In this document: in pieces, positions 57,837 to 64,000 of the stretch
Layout of the letters: each line of letters opens with the position of its first letter
How positions within the stretch are numbered: position 1 is the first letter of the stretch
Origin: Promethearchaeia archaeon
GTDB lineage: Archaea > Asgardarchaeota > Lokiarchaeia > Sigyniarchaeales > SOKP01
NCBI GenBank assembly: GCA_046483985.1
Contig: JAWOCD010000075.1
Location: forward strand, 32,001-96,000
Length of the DNA: 64,000 nt
Direction: 5' to 3'
Notes under the pieces: generated by a model
Seen by the model: the letters and a program-made list of their open reading frames with translations, nothing else
Databases searched by the model: none
What the model was told of the DNA's origin: nothing
Translations under genes and position numbers: made by a program

Positions 57837-59144
57837 ATGTCAGAATTTTATGTAGGCGAGGCCTTGATTGGAGAAGAGCCCAATATGGCTCATATTGATT
57901 TGATGATCGGTTCAAAGGATAGCCCTGTTGCTACAGCGTTTGCAAATAGCATAAGTAACCCTTCTGAAGGTCATGGTGGGCTGCTAGCTTGTATCAGACC
58001 AAACTTGTTGCCGAAACCATACACATTAATTATTCCTAAGGTGACGGTTTCAAAGTTGCAGGAAGCGAACAAGATATTTGGCCCAGCGCAAGCTGCTGTT
58101 GCCAAAGGAGTAGCTGACGCCGTGGAAGAGGGAATTATTCCGAAGAAAAAAATTAACGATTGGATGATTGTTGCTAGCGTATTTATCCACCCCGAAGCGA
58201 CCGATTTTAGAAAAATCTATCAATTTAATTACGGAGCCACAAAATTAGCAATCAAGAGAGCCTTAGATAATTATCCACCATTGGAGAAAATATTCTATGA
58301 TAAAGATAGAGCAAAGCATCCGGTAGCTGGTATGCGAGTCCCCAGATTATGGCGACCACCTTACATTCAGGTTGCTTTAGATCATCCTTCTATTTCGCAT
58401 CATTCAAAAGTGGTTCCGGAATTACCAGAAAGTGATCGATTGATTTTAGAAATAGGAACCCCCTTCCTAAAAAAATACGGGATGGAAGCAATTCAAAAAA
58501 TTAGAGAATTAGCACCCGACAAGTTTATCGTGGCAGATTTAAAAACCCTTGATGTGGGTAAATTAGAAGTAGATTTTGCCTTTGATGCAACGGCAGATGC
58601 AGTGGTAGCATCTGGACTGGCCTCAGCTGCTTCAATCGATAAATTCATCTTAGAAGCTCATAGATTAGGTATATATGCGTTTTTAGACACAATGGAATTA
58701 GAAGATCCTCTTGCAAAGTTAAAGAAATTAGATGAGATTCCCGATGTGGTCATTCTTCATAGAGCAATTGATGTAGAATTAGCAGACAAAGACTCAGATG
58801 AATTACAGCGCGAAAAATGGAAATTTGTCCCAAAGATTAAGGAATTCTATGCAAAAGATAAGTTAGTGTCTGGAAGAGACCGCGTATTAGTCGGAGTTGC
58901 TGGGGGAATTGAACCGCAATCGGCGCAATATGCAATAGAGATGGGAGCAGACATTTTAATAGTAGGGAGATTCATAACTTCAAGCAAGGATGTGAAAAAT
59001 TCAGTGCGACGCTTACTCAATATCTTACCTGGATACTCTGATATTGATTTGAAACGTATTCATAGTGATGATGACGATACAAACAAAATAAAACAAAATA
59101 AAACAAAAAAAACAAAAACAAACAACGAAGAAAGAATAATGTGA
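57837..59144 (+). CDS. fae-hps: Bifunctional formaldehyde-activating enzyme / 3-hexulose-6-phosphate synthase
   Basis: GEALIG...AHIDLMIG and FGPAQAAVAKGVAD (Fae); QVALD, EIGTP, ADLKTLD.G, VAGGI, VGR.IT (HPS). Confidence 0.95.
   Translation: MSEFYVGEALIGEEPNMAHIDLMIGSKDSPVATAFANSISNPSEGHGGLLACIRPNLLPKPYTLIIPKVTVSKLQEANKIFGPAQAAVAKGVADAVEEGIIPKKKINDWMIVASVFIHPEATDFRKIYQFNYGATKLAIKRALDNYPPLEKIFYDKDRAKHPVAGMRVPRLWRPPYIQVALDHPSISHHSKVVPELPESDRLILEIGTPFLKKYGMEAIQKIRELAPDKFIVADLKTLDVGKLEVDFAFDATADAVVASGLASAASIDKFILEAHRLGIYAFLDTMELEDPLAKLKKLDEIPDVVILHRAIDVELADKDSDELQREKWKFVPKIKEFYAKDKLVSGRDRVLVGVAGGIEPQSAQYAIEMGADILIVGRFITSSKDVKNSVRRLLNILPGYSDIDLKRIHSDDDDTNKIKQNKTKKTKTNNEERIM
59079..59126 (+). repeat. 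A/C-rich short tandem repeat in the 3' end of fae-hps
   Basis: AAACAAAATA twice plus degenerate copies, encoding TNKIKQNKTKKTKTN. Confidence 0.6.
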
Positions 59145-59188
59145 TTAATACCTTATCCTTTCTTTTTATCCTTCTTCTTTTATTTATT

Positions 59189-59236
59189 AAAAAAGCAAAA
59201 GAAAACTCCCTCCTTTAGGATGGAGATGAATTTTGC
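59189..59236 (+). mobile_element. IS200/IS605-like left-end hairpin remnant
   Basis: GCAAAA-GAAAA-CTCCCTCC-TTTA-GGATGGAG-ATGAA-TTTTGC nested palindrome; near-identical partial copy at 46377. Confidence 0.5.
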
Positions 59237-59341
59237 GTTTAAATCACTAATTAATTAAAATTTGCATTTGTTTGTTCTTTAATCTTTAAACAAAAAAAAA
59301 TAATAAATAAGAAAGTAAATAAATTTTAAACTTTAAACTGA

Positions 59342-62098
59342 TTATTTTATTGGACGACTGTTTGACAAGAACATAGGACCTATTACCGAAGAATATAGCT
59401 TCGCATAACCTTGTTGGGTGGAATGAATGCTTATAAGCTCCGATTCTTTATCTGTTGCAGGTGCAATAATGATTTCTTCTGCATCTCGTGTGCATGCGTA
59501 ATATTCACCTTTAGATGTAAGATTTCTAAATTGAATATTCCCCAATTCCTTCATCTTCTGAATAATTGTACCGTATTGGTTCATATCCCAATGACTGGTG
59601 AGAAGAAATCTTACAGCTTTCTTCTTAAATGCAAATTGAGAAATAAGCTTTAATACTTCTGGAATAACTTGGGGCATAACTACAATTACCGAAGACTTTA
59701 CCCGATAAATTGCATCTTTAATGGCTGAAATTAGTGCGTTTCGACCAACAGTATGCCAAGTATTAACTTTTGAAGTTTCCTCAATCTTTTTAGAAGCTTG
59801 ATGAATATCGGAAAGTTTCTCCTCATTTTTCTCTGCTAATTCGGTGGCATCGTCAATAGAAGTCATAAATTCTAAGGTGAAATTGGCCACTGCATCTTTT
59901 GTATCTTTAGTAGTTTCTTGTGTCGTGGTTGAAAGACTGTTTTGAAGGGTTTTTGCATTCTCTTCATACTTTGCTTTATGATCGGCCAACATATCTTTAA
60001 GTTCTTTATTCATTCTGGTAGATTCATCTTTCCAGAGTTTAATCTCAGCATCAATTTTATCGGAGATATTATTTTTCGAGTTATCGAAATCTCCTCTCAC
60101 CTTTTTCAAGAGCTTGTCATAAATTTCTCGCTGTTTTGACTTAACTTCTTCAACGTCATTTTCAAATTGTTGAGAATGTTCATCATTCTTGTTGATTGCC
60201 TTTTGAAGATGTTCATTGAGAGTTCTGATTTGGTTATCTTTGTACTCATTCAGATTTTGGGTTTGATCATTTTTATAATCTGTGGTATCCCGAATTTGAT
60301 CTTCGATTTCAGTGGAAATTTCTCTTTTTGCCCCTGTAAATTTGGTCTCAACATCCTTAACCCAAGTTTCATTATTTCTCTTAATGTCCTTATCAAAATT
60401 TGTGTAGTGATGTAAAGTACCTTCTTTATGTCTGTTAATTGCCTCATCATAGCTTTTATGATGCTGATTCAGTGATCTTTCTAAGGAATCTTTCAGTTTG
60501 AGGGTAGTTTCTGAACAATCTTTAATACCTCCTTGTAAGGTATTGTCAATCTCTGAGGCCATATCTGTTGCGAGAGTTTCTAACTCTGCGTTGATAGTAT
60601 CTTGTGCCTTTTTATCTAAATCATCAGACTCCCCGGATAAGGTTTGATTTTCTCGCTTCATAATCTGGTCAATTTCCGATTTTAATTGGTTCGTGGTTTC
60701 TTGAGTTTTGTTAATGTATTGATCACTTTCCTCAATAAAATCTCCTTTCATCGGTTCCGTGTAGGTTAATACATCTTCGATAACTTTTTCATGCTTTGCT
60801 CTATATTTCTTTTTCTTTCCAATCCAAAAGAAACCCTTGTCTGCCATATCTTCCGAGAAATCCGTGAAGTCATTCGCACGAGCTAATAAATTATCAATAA
60901 GTTGAAGGGTTTTTTCTTTGAAGTTATTTGTTTGTTGCTCCAATTCCGAGTGTCGTTCTTCAACGCGTTCTTTTAGTTCTTCTTGAAGAGATTGGCTGGT
61001 TCTTTTCACATGAGATACATGCTCATCGAGTATCTTTGAAATCTTATTTTTCAAATCGGTGATGACCTTATTCATTCTTTCCAGGTACTTTTCCAGAATT
61101 TGTTCCATTTTTGGCTTGAGTTCATTTGACACATTTTTATGTCTTTCTACATGGTCATCAAGCGATTTCTTTAATTCCTTTTCTAAATTTTCAACTCGTT
61201 CAGAAAAATCCGTCAATAAATCTGCAATTATTTTATTAACATCCTCTGTTGCAGAATTAATTTTGCTCTCATTATCATTTACCAGAGTCTTAGAAATACT
61301 CTTTAAATTAGAATTGAGTGTATCCATGATGGAATGAATGTTATTCTCTTCATTTTTTAAACTCTCATTGTGCTTATCGGTAAGTCTTTCTAGCTCAGAA
61401 TTCTCACTTTGAGTAAGCTCCTCTAAAGTGTTGTTTTTTGTTTCGGTTAAATTCGTAAGCTCATTATTTAAAGAAGTATTATCACTGGTGAATTTTTGGG
61501 AATTATTATCCCATACTTGACTTGTATCTTCATCCAATTTATCTACATCGTTAGTTAACCGAGAATAATCCTCTTCTAGGGTATTATGTAAATCAGATTC
61601 TAATTTTTTGTTGGTTTTTGTAAATCTTTTCGTTGCTTTATCGATGACTTCCTTCTTATTACTATCTTTGGAATCAGAATCTTTAAAAAAGGCTTGAAGT
61701 TGCTTATCAACCGCATTCTCTACCTTTTCAATACTACCATTTTGGATAGATTCAAGCTTTTCAAATCGCTCATTCTGGTCTGTTAGCAATTTATCTTTTG
61801 TGCTTGCGATTTCTTCTCGGAATCTCTCTGATTGGTTTGTGAAGAGGCTAAAATAGGGCTCAAGGGGTATATATCGATCAACAATTCCCTCAATTTTTTT
61901 AAGAAACCCTTTCTCTATTAATTTTTCTGTGATCTCTTTTACTTGCTCAAGTTTTTCTTCATATTCCTCACCGAGCGAAAGCCATACTTGCGAAACTGTA
62001 GCCCGTGGAATTCTTAAGTACCGTAGATATACGTTTATATCGTCTTCCGTCAGTCCTTCTTTTGTAAAGATTTCCTTTGTAAATTCTTTTAATGACAT
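59342..62098 (-). CDS. TrmB-like wHTH, a long coiled-coil/helical rod (about 690 aa) and a C-terminal TrmB/PLD-like domain
   Basis: GLTEDDINVYL...ATVSQV...LIEKGFL...Y.PL.P at the N-terminus; heptad-rich middle; W...GR.A...I...KSSVIVVMP...VRFL at the C-terminus. Confidence 0.75.
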   Translation of the reverse strand: MSLKEFTKEIFTKEGLTEDDINVYLRYLRIPRATVSQVWLSLGEEYEEKLEQVKEITEKLIEKGFLKKIEGIVDRYIPLEPYFSLFTNQSERFREEIASTKDKLLTDQNERFEKLESIQNGSIEKVENAVDKQLQAFFKDSDSKDSNKKEVIDKATKRFTKTNKKLESDLHNTLEEDYSRLTNDVDKLDEDTSQVWDNNSQKFTSDNTSLNNELTNLTETKNNTLEELTQSENSELERLTDKHNESLKNEENNIHSIMDTLNSNLKSISKTLVNDNESKINSATEDVNKIIADLLTDFSERVENLEKELKKSLDDHVERHKNVSNELKPKMEQILEKYLERMNKVITDLKNKISKILDEHVSHVKRTSQSLQEELKERVEERHSELEQQTNNFKEKTLQLIDNLLARANDFTDFSEDMADKGFFWIGKKKKYRAKHEKVIEDVLTYTEPMKGDFIEESDQYINKTQETTNQLKSEIDQIMKRENQTLSGESDDLDKKAQDTINAELETLATDMASEIDNTLQGGIKDCSETTLKLKDSLERSLNQHHKSYDEAINRHKEGTLHHYTNFDKDIKRNNETWVKDVETKFTGAKREISTEIEDQIRDTTDYKNDQTQNLNEYKDNQIRTLNEHLQKAINKNDEHSQQFENDVEEVKSKQREIYDKLLKKVRGDFDNSKNNISDKIDAEIKLWKDESTRMNKELKDMLADHKAKYEENAKTLQNSLSTTTQETTKDTKDAVANFTLEFMTSIDDATELAEKNEEKLSDIHQASKKIEETSKVNTWHTVGRNALISAIKDAIYRVKSSVIVVMPQVIPEVLKLISQFAFKKKAVRFLLTSHWDMNQYGTIIQKMKELGNIQFRNLTSKGEYYACTRDAEEIIIAPATDKESELISIHSTQQGYAKLYSSVIGPMFLSNSRPIK

Positions 62099-62104
62099 AA
62101 GTAA

Positions 62105-62205
62105 TTCTCCATATGTGTTATAGGTTCGAAATTTTAAATTTCTTTTTAGATAAAATTATGTTAATATTAATTTAAATTTCATAACTATTTAATTTTTTAA
62201 GGTTT
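62105..62205. repeat. 101-bp direct repeat, copy 1 (upstream region and RBS of the TrmB-like gene)
   Basis: 99/101 identical to 63889..63989. Confidence 0.95.
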
Positions 62206-62244
62206 ATAATAAAATATTAACAATACTTAAATTTTATAATTTTC

Positions 62245-63882
62245 TTAATTTTCGTGATTTTTCTTTAGGATTTTTCCATTTAAAAGTCCAAGGTGTTCCC
62301 CCTTATGCGCCGTGGTCTCTCCATTTACAATCACACATTCAATTCCTTTTGGATATTGGCGTCCATTGGCATATGTTGAAGTTGCTTCAATAGTGGCGGG
62401 ATCAAAGATTACGAGATCGGCTTTATATCCTTCTTTCACCAATCCCCGATTTTCTAATCCCAATATATTCGCTGGTAGCCCCGTCATCTTGCGAACACCC
62501 TCTTCAAGAGGAAACAGTTTTTTCTCTCGCACATATTCGCCTAAAATCTTCGGGAAGCATCCATATCCTCTGGGGTGAGTATTACTCTCCAAGACTAAAA
62601 AGCCATCTGATCCGATACACACGAAATCTTGCTTAATTAATTCTAATAAGCTCTTCTCTTCGCTCATCTGTTTGAAGGAAATCATAACAGCGCCCTCCTC
62701 ATCTCGAATAAAGTCTAATATGGCATCTTTAAATCCTTCATCTGGATATAACATATCCAATGCTTCTCCGAGGAATTTTCCCTCCACCTCATGGTGATGA
62801 ATGACGGAAATCACACGTGCATTCTTTTTCGCAAACCAAAAAACAAGCCGGTTCAAGAGAAATTTGGGGATGATTTTTATATACCATGGTAAATCTGACA
62901 GGAAAGTTTCGAAAAACATGTCTAAGGTTTCTTTAATAATACGTTCACGAGTTTGGGGGTCTGTGAGATTTTTATTGAAATCTTCATAAACCCACGGTCG
63001 TAATAAGACCCCCGACAAGCTTGTTGATCCTTCTTCATAGGGATACATATCTGCATGGATGTTTAATCCTTCTTCTCTGGCTTTTTTAACAAAATTCACC
63101 ATGTCTGGTGTTAATTTCCATGCAAAATTACTTCCCGCCTTCCAATGGGAGATATGTCCTTGAATGCCTGCAGCTTCCGAAATCTGTTTTAATTCCTTCA
63201 TGCCAACATCAATAACGCCTGTTCCCTCATTTCGTATGTGGGAATCGTATATACCACCATATTTTTTAACAACTCTACATAATTCAATTAGCTCTTCAGT
63301 AGGTGTGATTGACCCTGGAGGATAAATAAGTCCCGTACTCATTCCAAATGCTCCTTCTTCCATCCCTTGTTGGACAATATCTTTCATTTCTTGCAATTCT
63401 TCCTCGGTCGGATCTCGATTCTCAGTTCCTAATACGCATGCGCGTACGTTTCCTTGAGGGATAAAAAAAGCGAGATTACATGACACTCCCATTCCCTCGA
63501 TTTTCTTAAAATAATCAGAGAGAGAATCGTAAAGTTCCATTTCTTCTTTTCCAAATAATTTCGTCACAAAATTGGCATAGTATTTCCTTACTTTATCATT
63601 TGCGGGAGCTAATCCAATTCCACACATACCTACCACTAGCGTGGTCACCCCTTGCATAATTTCCGCCTCTGCTTTATTTACGCTCAGGATAGTCAAATCG
63701 CCGTGATGATGCATATCTATAAAGCCTGGACTCACAATTTTACCCGTTGCGTCGATAATATCTTCCCCATCCGCTTCGAGATTTCTTCCAATCTTTTTTA
63801 TTTCTCCTTTTTTTATTAGGAGATCGCATTTAAATCTCTCAGAACCCGTTCCGTCAATAATTTTCCCGTTCTTAATTATCAT
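62245..63882 (-). CDS. D-aminoacylase-like amidohydrolase
   Basis: IKNGKIIDGTG, PGFIDMHHH, GMCG, SH.R.E, HISHWK, GSDG, HPRGYG.FP. ATG at 63882 lies 8 nt after GGAG. Confidence 0.92.
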   Translation of the reverse strand: MIIKNGKIIDGTGSERFKCDLLIKKGEIKKIGRNLEADGEDIIDATGKIVSPGFIDMHHHGDLTILSVNKAEAEIMQGVTTLVVGMCGIGLAPANDKVRKYYANFVTKLFGKEEMELYDSLSDYFKKIEGMGVSCNLAFFIPQGNVRACVLGTENRDPTEEELQEMKDIVQQGMEEGAFGMSTGLIYPPGSITPTEELIELCRVVKKYGGIYDSHIRNEGTGVIDVGMKELKQISEAAGIQGHISHWKAGSNFAWKLTPDMVNFVKKAREEGLNIHADMYPYEEGSTSLSGVLLRPWVYEDFNKNLTDPQTRERIIKETLDMFFETFLSDLPWYIKIIPKFLLNRLVFWFAKKNARVISVIHHHEVEGKFLGEALDMLYPDEGFKDAILDFIRDEEGAVMISFKQMSEEKSLLELIKQDFVCIGSDGFLVLESNTHPRGYGCFPKILGEYVREKKLFPLEEGVRKMTGLPANILGLENRGLVKEGYKADLVIFDPATIEATSTYANGRQYPKGIECVIVNGETTAHKGEHLGLLNGKILKKNHEN

Positions 63883-63888
63883 TTTCAC

Positions 63889-63989
63889 TTCTCCATATGG
63901 GTTATAGGTTCGAAATTTTAAATTTCTTTTTAGATAAAATTATGTTAATTTTAATTTAAATTTCATAACTATTTAATTTTTTAAGGTTT
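63889..63989. repeat. 101-bp direct repeat, copy 2 (upstream region and RBS of the amidohydrolase gene)
   Basis: 99/101 identical to 62105..62205. Confidence 0.95.
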
Positions 63990-64000
63990 TCTTTGTGATT

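Noticed and set aside
1-64000. CRISPR array, tRNA or rRNA genes, full-length transposases, prophage or defence island
   Set aside because: No regularly spaced repeats, cloverleafs, long GC-rich RNA genes or such ORFs were recognised by eye; small C/D or H/ACA RNAs could have been missed.

Overview
AT-rich archaeal chromosomal segment, very likely Asgard (Lokiarchaeia-like): archaeal information genes (aIF5B, TFB, Rpo7/Spt4/Rpo10, eS6, eL24, eL8/L7Ae, eS28, eS24, eS31, KEOPS Kae1/Bud32, class I CCA enzyme, Taw1, TruA, AglB/STT3) sit among eukaryotic-signature-type genes (Rab-like and Arf/Rag-like GTPases, two roadblock proteins, a longin-like fusion, a gelsolin-like protein). The main discovery is an EF-2-family gene (15946..18225) whose P-loop codons AHID|HGKTT are split by a 30-nt stop-containing insert (16042..16071). 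The insert folds into a textbook bulge-helix-bulge, and the standard archaeal splicing-endonuclease cut positions restore the motif exactly, so this is a predicted tRNA-type mRNA intron in a translation factor. Other points: a 250-bp MITE with an 8-bp target-site duplication upstream of that gene; IS200/IS605-like end remnants; a 101-bp promoter duplication flanking an amidohydrolase gene; an apparent AUU start for eS6; a degenerate CoA-transferase-GNAT fusion divergent from acs; a wHTH-like insertion in Taw1; and a candidate structured RNA leader. No rRNA, tRNA or CRISPR array was recognised. All assignments come from reading motifs by eye; no database searches were run.
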